Assembly (NCBI RefSeq): GCF_006345805.1
Contig: NW_021836370.1
Location: 1-28,046 of the forward strand
From: Octopus sinensis
Taxonomy: Eukaryota
Length of the DNA: 28,046 bases
Reading direction: 5' to 3'
Position numbers and translations under genes: made by a program. The number at the start of each line of letters is the position of its first letter. Within the stretch, counting starts at the first letter, position 1. Of the stretch, positions 1 to 11,091 are shown one piece after another. The notes below the pieces were generated by a model. The model was not told the origin of the DNA. It saw only the letters and a list, made by a program, of their open reading frames with translations, and did not search any database.

Positions 1-94
1 TAATCAATCAATTATTTACTTAGGAATAAAGTCCGAATTTTGCAATAGAACCAGCTCTCGAGTAAAATCTTCATCTCTTTGACATAATTCATTT

Positions 95-300
95 CTAGCA
101 TATGCATATGATCAAAAATTTTGGAGGGAGGGTGCAGTCTATTACATCAACCCCAGTACGTAACTGGTGTTTGTTTTATCGACCCCGAAAGGATAAAAGG
201 CAAAGTCGATCTCGGCGGAATTTGAACTCAAAACGTCAAGGCGGACATAATGCCGTTAAATATTTGGCCGGCGTGCTAACGATTCTGCCAGCTCACCGCC
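95..300 (-). mobile_element. tRNA-headed SINE A, monomer with purine/pyrimidine-tract ('type 1') tail
   Basis: Reverse strand begins ggcggtgagctggcagaatcgttagcacgcc (A-box-like tggcagaatcg), then B-box-like gagttcaaattcc and the body gatcgactttgccttttatcctttcggggtcgataaaa, which recurs at 11.6, 22, 24.5 and 26 kb. Confidence 0.85.
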
Positions 301-925
301 CTTTTTTTCGGCATAATAAACATTTCTTTATCGTTGAAAAATCAAAAGCTGCGGCTTTCGTCCGGGCAAATAAAAAATAATCCGTTTATAGAAATATTGT
401 TTCAGAAATTACGATTTCTTTCACAACCAGGTGAAACGAAAACGCTCCAACAGTTACAGTTAACAATGTCAGCACGAATTTATAACTAGTTATTAATTCA
501 AACCCACCTCGACCGGTATTTGAACACGCGATCTTGAGATTTACATTCAATAGAGACTTGGAGCTGGAGAAAGAAATAGAAATCATAGACAAGAAAAGAA
601 AATATATTTTGCAAAACGTGTGGTGTTGGTGAAATGTGTGGGAAGGTTTGCGATGGCTGGGTGACTTTTGGGGTTGTTTAGGTGCTGATGGTGAAGGGCT
701 AATGTGGAGTCGGATATTTTTGAGTTGTAATTTACATTTTTGTTCAGTCATCCGTTTCTAGTTTCATCGGGTAGCAGTGGGGTGGGACGGTGAGTTGTCT
801 AGCGGTGCGATGCCGTATGGTGTGGTGTGACGCAGTGTACTGGAGTGGTGTACCAAAGTGTGAGGTAGTGCACTGTGGTGCAGTGGTGAGATAGCGGGGT
901 GGGGGTGTAAATTGTGTTGTGTAGT

Positions 926-1320
926 TTTTTATCTCTCATCTCTTACTTGTTTCACTAACCCTTGAAGAATTTTTAGTCAAATGAATACTTGAATTTTTTT
1001 TTAAATCAGTACTTATTCTTGAATTTAAAAAAAAAATTAGGACTTATTCTATCGGTTTCTTTTGCCGAAGCGCTAAGTTACGGGAACGTAACCTCACCAG
1101 CATCGGGGAGACAAACATAGAAACACACAGACATATATATATACATATACATATATACAACGGACTTCTTTCAGTTTCCGTCTACTAAATCCACTCACAA
1201 GGCTTTGGTCAGCCCGAGGCTATAGTAGAGGACACTTGGCCAAGGTGCCACGCAGTGGGACTGAACCCGGAACCATGTGGTTGGTAAGCAAGCTACTTAC
1301 CACACAGCCACTCGTGCTCC
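926..1320 (-). mobile_element. tRNA-headed SINE B, near full length, probably CORE-domain type
   Basis: Reverse strand: A-box tggctgtgtggtaa (1297-1310), B-box ggttcagtccc (about 1257-1267), then gtggcaccttggccaagtgtcc resembling the CORE-domain start; internal TA/CA tract. Tail is homologous to 12520-12645, 13431-13785 and 15815-15925. Confidence 0.85.
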
Positions 1321-1429
1321 TATAAATGGTAATTATAAACATGATGTGATGATATGAGTATGAGTTTTTCTGATGCCGACGATACAACGATGACGATAAT
1401 GAGGACGATGATTCATATTATGATGATAA

Positions 1430-1518
1430 TAATGTGATGATGGAGATGTGAAAGTTAAAATCGTGATGACAATAATAACAGTCTGGAGATGCTGACGACG
1501 ACGACGACGATGACGATG

Positions 1519-1580
<62 letters not shown>

Positions 1581-1587
1581 TGTTATC

Positions 1588-1620
<33 letters not shown>

Positions 1621-1790
1621 TTTTCATTATTATTATTATTATTATTATTACCCGGACGGCGACGGAGACAACGATGATGAGTGATAGTGATGATATTGAT
1701 GAGGGTGGTGGCGGTGGTGGTGGTGCCGATAATAGTAATCATCGCATCGAACGCGATGATGACAATGATGGTGCTGATGACTATCTTGGA
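1430..1790. repeat. Compound trinucleotide microsatellite (GAT/GAC/ATT/GGT)
   Basis: Long pure (ATT)n at about 1521-1650 with degenerate GAT/GAC flanks. Confidence 0.97.
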
Positions 1791-2109
1791 CTAGGAATCT
1801 ACCACGATTCAGTTATTGATTAATAAAATGCAAATATTAGTCATCCACCTAAAATATTTATTTTTTTTTTTGCTTTCCGTTTTCTCAATCGTTTTTCTCG
1901 GAGTACACTGTATTCTACTTTAGCTTTTTAATGCCACAATCATTAATTATGCAGGCAGATACTTACCTTCCAATGAATATTCGAACGCGCGTGTGTATTA
2001 TATGTTGAAACGTATCGAAATTAAGATGATATTTGGGTCGTCAACAGACGAGAGGTTGAGCGTGTCGGCATCAGTTGTTTTTGTTTTTCCTCATAAATTG
2101 TTCTCCTGT

Positions 2110-2372
2110 CTCTATATACTACATTTTTCATTATATGTGTGTATCTATATATAGGTATACTATAGATATGCATGTTTATATATGTATGTATGTATATATG
2201 TGCATGTACGTATGTCTGTATATATTTGTATGTATGTACGAATATATATATATATATACAATATACATATATACACACGTCCATGTATGTGTGTACATGT
2301 GTTTGTATTTGTGTATGTGTGTTTGCATAGGTATGTATATATGTATGTATGCAAAACATTCTTATACATCTA
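2110..2372. repeat. Degenerate (TA)/(TG)/(TATG) microsatellite
   Basis: Directly visible. Confidence 0.95.
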
Positions 2373-2979
2373 ATCATGCATACCTGCATTGTTTTACGGC
2401 TGTTCTGGGAGAAAGGTTCTTCTTCGACAACATCTTCAAGGGTTTACAACCAATCATATTGATAACTGTACTTATTTCAAATGGCTACTAACATTCTAAT
2501 TTTATGAGTTTGTTGATAGAATCTTGTCTTAAATTTATTAGCAGATATTCCTATGTAAATAATATTATTTCTGTTATGTCGAAAGACGTTTGCATATACG
2601 GCCAATTTTTTTCAGGTCATTACCATTGATAAGGCATACTGTCTAGGAATGGTAATTGCATATTTGTGTTCTGTCCTCGATTGGGTTCTGATGACTCACA
2701 TTATTTCTATTTTGGGATTATTATTATTATTGATGACTACTACAATGTTACAAAAATACCTTAGATTTGAATAGCCAATAAAAGCACTAGGATTAGATTT
2801 CAAGAATCAGAATGTAAAGGTGGAAGCTAGGGTTTCTCTTACGTCACCTGCAGAGCCATCTAAAGACGAAAGTACTTGCTGCAATGCAAGGACGGAATAT
2901 CTAGCTATGAGTAAAAACATTTTTGCAGGAATCTGCAAATTAGCATTGAATTCCTTTTTCCCTATTAGGGATTTTCCTT

Positions 2980-3545
2980 TCCATACACACACATGCACTC
3001 ACGCTCACGTATACATCCTCAGATATAAATATATAAACAAATACACATATATACTGTTAGACGGATCTTAATATACATATACACATGCACAAAAACCAAC
3101 GCGTACAGATATATACATGCATGTATACGTGCACAAATATATACATATATAAAGAGGAATAGATGGATAGATAAACACAGAGAGAGAAGAGAGAGAGAGA
3201 GAGAGAGAAAGAGAGGCAGATGAAGATATATACACATACTCGGATGCATGTTATACACTCGTGTATATGTATATATATATATATGAATATACATTTTTGT
3301 GTATATATATATACATATATATGCATATCCATGTATATATATATGCATATGTATATGTGTGTGCGTGAATGTGTGTGTTTATGTGTGTATATATGTATAT
3401 TTATACATGTATACGTGCATCTATAGAAGTATATAGACATGCTTCCGTACATAAGCATGCGTTTACAAATATTTGTAGTCTTCCTCCTCCTCCTCCTCCT
3501 CCTACTACTACTACTACTACTACTACTATTACTACTACTACTAGA
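2980..3545. repeat. (TA)/(CA)/(GA) tracts followed by (CCT)n(ACT)n
   Basis: Directly visible. Confidence 0.95.
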
Positions 3546-3844
3546 CAGCGGACAGCGATACTACAAAACACATCAGGAAAGCATTCCGCTGGGTTTTTTT
3601 TCTTCCATTTTTTAATATTTCCTCCCCTTCCTTGTTTGTGGCATTTACCATAAGGGTGTTTCCAGTGTAAGACAAAAATGTTTGCGTTAGATAAGTGGCC
3701 AACTGGGACCTTAAGTATATTTATTTATTTATTTATTTATTTTGATCCCTAAAATGTAGTGGGAGCTGAAACAACCTAAAATGCTCCTTCCGTCATGTCT
3801 ATACGTTTTATAAAGTCAATGAGCCGGAAATCCGAAATTGCACC

Positions 3845-4140
3845 TATGTGTGTGTGTGTGTGTGTATGTTTGCGGGAACAGATATATCATCTGTGTGTGC
3901 ATGTGTGTACACCAAATATATATGTACGTGTCTGTGTGTATTACATGTATTAATATAAGTATAAGTATACTTGTGTGTGTGTGTGTGTGTGTGTGTAAGT
4001 ATATATACGTTTGTATGTATGTGCATATGTATACATTCGGATATATGTGTTCACCCCATACATATATATACTATATGTATATATATACATATATTTACAT
4101 ATGTTTGTGCAGTCGATATATATATATATATTATATATAT

Positions 4141-4171
<31 letters not shown>

Positions 4172-4239
4172 TACTTAGATACAGAGTCATATACATAAGC
4201 ATATCTTTATACTTGTTCTAATATATACATATGAATGCT

Positions 4240-4275
<36 letters not shown>

Positions 4276-4344
4276 AATGTGCTTATATATACATATAAAC
4301 CATACAGGCATATATATATATATATATATACTTCTTCCAAGTAA

Positions 4345-4380
<36 letters not shown>

Positions 4381-4421
4381 CACACATACACACACACACA
4401 TATATATATAATTACAGACAG

Positions 4422-4481
<60 letters not shown>

Positions 4482-4500
4482 CATACATACAGACACACAT
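3845..4500. repeat. (TG)/(TA)/(CA) compound microsatellite
   Basis: Directly visible. Confidence 0.95.
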
Positions 4501-4766
4501 AACACACAACTGGAACATGTGGTGTAATATATTTTGATGTAATAAATATGTATTGGGTTACAATTTGAACTGCTATTTGTTATTTGTATTTTTGTTTCGT
4601 TTTTAGGGTCTTTTTTTTTCTTCCTCTCTGCTTCTCTTACTGACGTTTCGGCTTGATCGGAAGCCATGGATTTTATTTATGCTTTTATTTATTATAATTT
4701 TATAATAATACTAATTTTCTTTTTTTTTTTTTATGTTCCATCTCTTCTTCCATTTCATGTGTGTTT

Positions 4767-4830
4767 AGGCGTGGCTTTGTGGTTTAGCAGTTCGTTTCTC
4801 GCAGCACGGCAATTTGGTGTCTTCTTTTAG
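4767..4830 (+). mobile_element. Degraded SINE B head fragment
   Basis: aggcgtggctttgtggtttagcagttcg resembles the SINE B head (ggagtggctgtgtggtaagtagcttgc). Confidence 0.35.
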
Positions 4831-4950
4831 CTCTACTGATGGCTTGGAATTACTAAAAGGAAATTGTACCAAAGACCCATCGCCTCAGTCTATCTGCCAC
4901 GCAATCTGTTTGGCCGTCGTCTCTTTCTCTTTTTCCTCGTACATATATGT

Positions 4951-5020
4951 CAGAGGTTCTCAAACTTGTTGGGCCACCCTGCACCCTTCATGACCAAATA
5001 ATACCCTGAGCGCCCCACCC
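4951..5020 (+). mobile_element. Isolated hAT-like (Charlie/MER-type) terminal sequence
   Basis: cagaggttctcaaact matches the TIR type at 11418-11433 (reverse cagaggctctcaaact); no nearby partner end found. Confidence 0.4.
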
Positions 5021-5818
5021 CTATTTACGTATAAATAAATATTTTATGTTTTTACTAATTTATATATACTATGAATCATTTGATATTTAATATAATATTA
5101 TATAATTGTATATATATTATATAAATATATTATATATATATATATATATATACAAATTATATATAAAAGAATTTATTGAAATTGAGATTCAATTGAATTA
5201 GGTACTTACGTTGAATCAACAAGTCAGTCTGGTATTATCACCACAGCTCGAAGCACATATATATATATATATAAAGACTGTATAATTGTAAATAAATCAT
5301 AATTATAACGGGGAGGGTTGCAAAAACCCGTACATGTCTACAAATAGCAGTCAAAAACGCTGTAAAGCCACTATAACCACTCATATTATATCTCTTCACG
5401 ATAAAACCTCTCGGCAGGCGACATGACATAAAATTCAAAACTTAAATAAAGCTTTAGTCTTCTCTTGCAATTTCGGAGTTAGGAACCCAAAAGTTTCCAC
5501 TCTTCTCATACGCTTAAAATCGATAGTTTTGTTAATTATCTCCGTGTTATAGATCAGTTCTTTTTAATAAGATTCGAAATTTTCTATTCTGAGATGAAAC
5601 TGGATCTTTTTTTTTTAACTTCTCATGATTTATTTATTTATTTAGTTATTTATTTATTTATTTATTTGTGTATTCATTTATTTTGTAATTTCTAATCTTC
5701 TCACGTACATTACATATTGATTCGTTTGCAGACTTCTGGGTTTGTGAACTTTTACCTACTCAACATCAACTTGTATATTCTTTTACTAATGGAGAGGTGT
5801 ATATATATATATATATAT

Positions 5819-6027
5819 CAGATGCCATGATAGATCGTTAGCTACTACACACATTTTTTCCTCTCCTTGTTTCTCTCCTTGTTTTTTTTTCTGTGTCCCT
5901 TTCTGTAGAAGAGCGTAGGCTCGAAACGTAAAAGATTTTTTCTATTCCTGAGCGCTATACTAATACATCTGTTTGTTTGTACACCGCCTGCCTTCGTCTT
6001 TGTGTTTATTTTCGTAACATTTCCCTT
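5819..6027 (+). mobile_element. Short repeat C1 (about 200 bp), flanked by (TA)n; probable Penelope-like element terminal/non-autonomous unit
   Basis: Homologous to the reverse complement of 6597-6795 and more distantly to 14336-14580 and 24012-24216; contains the gaagagc-loop-gctcgaaacgt motif of the type seen at Penelope-like element ends. Repeat status seen; Penelope link inferred. Confidence 0.7.
5899..5934 (+). ncRNA. Minimal type-I hammerhead-like motif, core CUGUAGA (A6U)
   Basis: cttt-CTGTAGA-a-GAGC-gtag-GCTC-GAAAC-GTA-aaag: helix I 4 bp, helix II 4 bp, palindromic ACGT helix III. Activity unknown. Confidence 0.4.
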
Positions 6028-6031
6028 TATA

Positions 6032-6087
<56 letters not shown>

Positions 6088-6090
6088 TAT

Positions 6091-6127
<37 letters not shown>

Positions 6128-6596
6128 TACTCATAAAATACAGTGTACATTTAAACACATAAGGAATCCACTCGTGGGATTCAACACGCTAGAAAGAACA
6201 GCTAGGTTCTACAACCACAAAATTAGGGATAAAATTTGACAGGAACAAAATGAAAAAATAAAACCTCCTACCATCTAGTTTCGTGGACCAACTGGTTTCT
6301 GATTTTAGTTTAGCAAATAAATAATATTCGCCAGGTGAAATCTTCTTCAACAAGTACACCTTAAATTAAATATATAAAACACGAGGCAACCAACTATGTG
6401 CCTCTTGTTTATACATCCAAAATTTTAAAAAATCTACTGCGTAGACGCAGTAGATTTATGTGTTTAAAAGAACACTGTATTTTATGAGTAATACATAGTC
6501 TTTGGACTAAATTTCTACGCACTAGGCTACTGGAAGTGAAAATTTCTATTAATTTCCATTTCCCTTCGATATGATTAAGTATATATATATATATAT

Positions 6597-6795
6597 AACG
6601 GGAAGCTTACGAAAATAAGCAAAAGACGAAGGCAGGTGGAGTACAAACAAACAATTGTATTAGTATGGCGCTCAGGAATAGAAATAAAACAAGTCTTTTA
6701 CGTTTCGAGCCTACGCTCTTCAACAGAAAGATTCACAGAAAAGAAACACGGAGAGAGACAAGGAGAGAAAAAAATGCGTGCAGGAGCTAGACAAT
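6597..6795 (-). mobile_element. Short repeat C1, second copy, inverted relative to 5819-6027
   Basis: Reverse complement aligns by eye along its length with 5819-6027; begins at a (TA)n tract. Confidence 0.75.
6694..6731 (-). ncRNA. Minimal type-I hammerhead-like motif, core CUGUUGA (A6U)
   Basis: tcttt-CTGTTGA-a-GAGC-gtag-GCTC-GAAAC-GTA-aaaga: helix I 5 bp. Confidence 0.4.
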
Positions 6796-7154
6796 ATTAA
6801 AAATGAGGATAACTCCGAAGTAGCAATAGCATAACTTTTAATTCTATAATTATATACTGCCTTTTAAGACCAACAAATGTTTTAATTGCACCGATTGGTA
6901 ATCGTTGCAATTGATATCCCTCGATGGCCGTTTAATAATTTTTCCGTTTATAAACTCTGCGTTGTATAATGTAAAGTTATCCGTTAGGTCGGACGCGAGC
7001 AATCTCTATTTCAAGTTGTTAATGGATAATCATTTTTATAATCTACCATTTCAAGACCTTGTATAGTTTAAATGATAATTACTCATTTATATTTGGCAAG
7101 TGTAAATTTCCTCGTGTGCAAACATCTGAATGTCTGCTCCTATCTAGAATTTAT

Positions 7155-7670
7155 TTCTATTGAAATATACTGTCTACGTTTCAATTAATTCTGGAAATTT
7201 TGAAGAATTAATTAAAATAACTTTGCCTCTATTAGGTTGGCATTTGTTATTTACATTAACATGATATTTCGATGGAGTCTTAATTTATATAACTTTAATC
7301 ATAATCATATTCTTACTACACTTCTGGTGAAATACACTGCCTTTGTTTGAGTTAATCTTCAAAATCATGAAGCATTTGGTAAAATAACTTAGTTGTAATT
7401 AAGTTTGCACTTCGACAACTAAGTTGGTTTTCCTGACAAAATAAATAACGAGAAATTTTCACGGAAAGTTTTCATTTGGATTAAATTATGACATGAAAGT
7501 AAGAACCAGGGTCTGTCTCGGGTGGGTTGGCATATAAACGAATAATATCTACGCAATTTTGAAAGTTCTTTAGAATACAGTGTTTGCAAAGAAAGGCTGT
7601 ATAGTCAAAGTTAGAATACCATTACGCATAGATATACTCAATCAGGGTTGACCTGGGGCTAAACAACCGA
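7155..7670. repeat. Old AT-rich interspersed repeat with a degenerate internal duplication of about 168 bp
   Basis: tgaaatatactgtctacgtttcaattaatt (7161) versus tgaaatacactgcctttgtttgagttaat (7329); ends cagggttgacctggggctaaacaac. Family recognised from memory only. Confidence 0.5.
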
Positions 7671-7829
7671 AATCCAACGTCGGTTGCTTTGTTGTTTCGT
7701 CATTAGTTTTGGTATAAGTAGTTTGTTTTTGTTGCTGATGCTGTTGTTATTGTTGTTTGTTTTCTTCTTTTCTAATCAGGACTCACGCCATTAGCCACAA
7801 AGAATAATTTCTAATTCGAGCCTACTCTA

Positions 7830-8245
7830 AGCTACTAAGAATGCGTGTGACAACTTGAAGATCCGCCCATCACATGCGATTGACTGGCGACTCCACGGGC
7901 GCGAAAGCCACGTTGTTATCCTCATTCCGTAAACGGTGGCTTTTAACGGTTGGAGAGCTGAACCATCCTGGGGTACAGACGATTTGCAATCTAGACTAGG
8001 GTCTGAAAGTTTTACCACACTATAGTGGGTTACACCATGGTTCCTCTGCTTTGTGTCAGAAGTAGGAAGTAAGAGTGAGAGAAAGTTGTGGTGAAAGAGA
8101 ATAGCGGAGTTCACCACCCCACCCCACCCCACGCCGAAGCCTCGTAGAGTTTAGGTGTTTTTGCTCAATAAACACTCACAATGTCCGGTCTGGGAGTCGA
8201 AACCGCAAGTCCGCTGCCCTAACCACTGGGCCATTGCGCCTCCAC
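7830..8245 (-). mobile_element. tRNA-headed SINE E, copy 1
   Basis: Reverse strand gtggaggcgcaatggcccagtggttagggcagcggac...ggtttcgactccc; about 8060-8245 is homologous to 27655-27853. The 3' boundary is approximate. Confidence 0.75.
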
Positions 8246-8289
8246 TGATGCTATTGTTGTGTTCCATAGCGCAGTTCACTGTGGGAAAG

Positions 8290-8730
8290 TTTATGCTGAA
8301 AAGCTTTCCATTTATGACCATCGCATCTTTTTATGCCCAACGAGTATACATTAGCAAATGTGTTTCCTGTAGTTAAAGATAGTAGGGTCTGATATAACAG
8401 AATTTTGCTTCTGTCATTGGTCAATTTACATAGAGGTCTATGCTGAAAAGCTTTCCATTTAAGGCCATCGCACCTTTTATGACCAACAAGTACACATCAG
8501 CAAAGGTGTCTTTTTTATTAGGTTGTAGAGTGTCATGTGACAGAATTTGGTTGCTATCATTGGTCAGTTTACATTGAAGTCTATGTTGAAAAAGCTTTCC
8601 GTTTATGACCATCGCCTCTTTTTATGACCGGCAAATATACACTAGGAAAAGTATTTTTCTTATATTTAAAGATAGTAGGGTCTGATGTAACAAGAATTTG
8701 TCTGCTATTTCTAGCTTGTCAACCAACTAC
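8290..8730. repeat. Degenerate tandem repeat, three units of about 145 bp
   Basis: Anchor tatg(c/t)tgaaaa(a)gctttcc starts at 8292, 8439 and 8582 (periods 147 and 143). Confidence 0.9.
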
Positions 8731-8811
8731 ATAGAAGCACTATCGTTTGGTACGTCAGCATTTTGTTTTTTTTGCGGGTGGTTAAGAACAGCGCTAATAA
8801 CATCATCAACA

Positions 8812-8895
8812 GCTACTACTACTACTGCTGCTGCTACTACTACTACTACTACTACTACTGCTACTGCTGCTGCTACTATTACTACTACTACTACA

Positions 8896-8930
<35 letters not shown>

Positions 8931-9000
8931 AACTACTACTACTACTGCTACTGCTGCTGCTACTACTACTACTACTACTACTACTACTGCTGCTGCTACA

Positions 9001-9059
<59 letters not shown>

Positions 9060-9060
9060 C
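8812..9060. repeat. (CTA)n microsatellite with CTG interruptions
   Basis: Directly visible. Confidence 0.97.
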
Positions 9061-9155
9061 TCAACTGTGGATGAGACTTGTGAAACTCAATAGTTGTGTT
9101 AGAAATTGAAATGAAACAATGAGAGAGTTGGTTCCCGTAGCCATCATCTTCTTTC

Positions 9156-9159
<4 letters not shown>

Positions 9160-9186
<27 letters not shown>

Positions 9187-9240
9187 CGATTAGGGGAGAG
9201 AGAGAGAGAGAGAGAGCGATTAGGGGAGAGAGAGAGAGAG
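9160..9240. repeat. (GA)n with a duplicated cgattagggg interruption
   Basis: Directly visible. Confidence 0.9.
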
Positions 9241-9394
9241 GACAGCGAATTGGTGTAAGTATTAAATTGTAATAATAGAACACGTGAAGCCACGTGATGT
9301 CTGAAGCTTTTAGCGACACATCTGCTCGCAACATTTTGCCAGCATGATCACACGATCGTGTTGCGTTTAACAAGATGAGTACTTTATATCCATA

Positions 9395-9865
9395 CACACA
9401 CACACATATAAATCTGTACTTATGTGTGTATGTGTGTGTGTATGTAGCGTGTGTATGTGTATATATACACATTCATGCTTATACACGTCTCTCTATCAAT
9501 GGCGCTTTTTTAAACATATCTATATGTTCATACTTCTATTTTTCTCTATATATATATCTACGTATCTCTCACGCTAGATAGTTATCTCTCGTTTTACGTG
9601 TGTGTGTATGTGTGTGTGCGTGTGTGTGGGTGTGTGCGTGCGTGTGTGCATGAGTGCGTATGTATCTATATGTAAATGCATTTATATATATATATATACA
9701 TATATATATATTTATACATATATATACGGGATAATATACACATATACACGTATATGTATATACACATGCACACAAACTCATATATGCACACATTTACGTG
9801 TCTTCATATACGTGTGTGTGTGTACATATATAGACATATGTGTGTGTAAATATCTATGTGCATAG

Positions 9866-9898
<33 letters not shown>

Positions 9899-9923
9899 AT
9901 ATGTATGTATATATGTATATATA

Positions 9924-9958
<35 letters not shown>

Positions 9959-10290
9959 TTATAATATATACGGGATAATATACACATATACACGTATATG
10001 TATATACACATGCACACAAACTCATATATGCACACATTTACGTGTCTTCATATACGTGTGTGTGTGTACATATATAGACATATGTGTGTGTAAATATCTA
10101 TGTGCATAGATTTATTTATATATATTATAATATATTTATATTATATAGTATGTATTATAGTATATATAATGTATATTATATATATATACATGTATATATA
10201 TAATATTATGTATATATAATCTATATAATATATATATGTATATATATGTGTATGTGTATATAATATATATATAATATATATATATATATA
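9395..10290. repeat. TA/TG low-complexity block containing an exact duplication of about 160 bp
   Basis: 9720-9881 is identical to 9964-10125 (offset 244). Confidence 0.95.
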
Positions 10291-10500
10291 AATCCGTTCT
10301 GTGTGTGTGCGCGTCTCTTCTGGGATCTCGGGCATCCTCCATCCGATTACGCTCAAACTTGATATGTAGATACCGATGGTATCAGGGCGTGTATAAGTCT
10401 TGAAAAATTTTTTAAATCGATTCCAGGTGAGAATGCGATCGATAAAGCCGTGGGAACTTGCATTTGTACGCGCAAGTACATCAACTGTTGCGATCGATAT
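10285..10500 (+). mobile_element. Possible Helitron/Helentron-associated non-autonomous fragment
   Basis: tatataaatccgttctgtgtgtgtg start and a tccatccgattacgctcaaacttg motif resemble DINE/HINE-like elements; no diagnostic end found. Confidence 0.3.
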
Positions 10501-10641
10501 CTTTATTTCTTCTTTTGCTGGTATCTCAAATTTATGTTAAATCAGTGTTTCTCAAAGGGGAAGCCTATTTGACGGTCGGACAAGTTGTTTAAAGAAAATT
10601 TGGTTTAAATGTTTGACAACTCAGCACCGTCCAATTTGCTC

Positions 10642-10718
<77 letters not shown>

Positions 10719-10864
10719 CATTCATACATATACTCATATATATACATAGTTTAAAATACAAATAATATATGCCTGCGTGTATGTGTGTGTGCATCTATGT
10801 ATATGCACGCACACGCAGATATATAGTGTGTATAATCGCTTTCGCGAAACATTTGCTATTATTA

Positions 10865-10897
10865 CTAGTACATGACCCGTCGTTGTATGCACGACCT
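10865..10897 (-). mobile_element. Possible Helitron 3' end
   Basis: Reverse strand has a gtcgt/acgac hairpin shortly upstream of a terminal CTAG followed by T. Confidence 0.35.
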
Positions 10898-11091
10898 ATT
10901 TTCTTTGAAATATAGGTATATATTCAACAAAGAAATATGCAAAAGAAAGGTAAAACATCATTGTGATAATAGAAACTTTTAATTGAACTAAATACGTATT
11001 AGTTTTTTACCTTCTTCATTTCTGAAGAAATATTAATAACTCCAGATTCATATTTCTGTTTAGTTCTCGTTATGAGTAATTTCGTTTAAAA

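Noticed and set aside
386-751. 121-aa minus-strand ORF as a complete single-exon gene
   Set aside because: It runs through an obvious polypyrimidine tract and acceptor and has no recognisable domain; only a possible internal exon is retained as a finding.
4218-4667. ORF starting MASDQAETS with a following GTAAGA
   Set aside because: It continues into microsatellite; the start overlaps the hairpin-GAAACGTC motif and has no promoter support.
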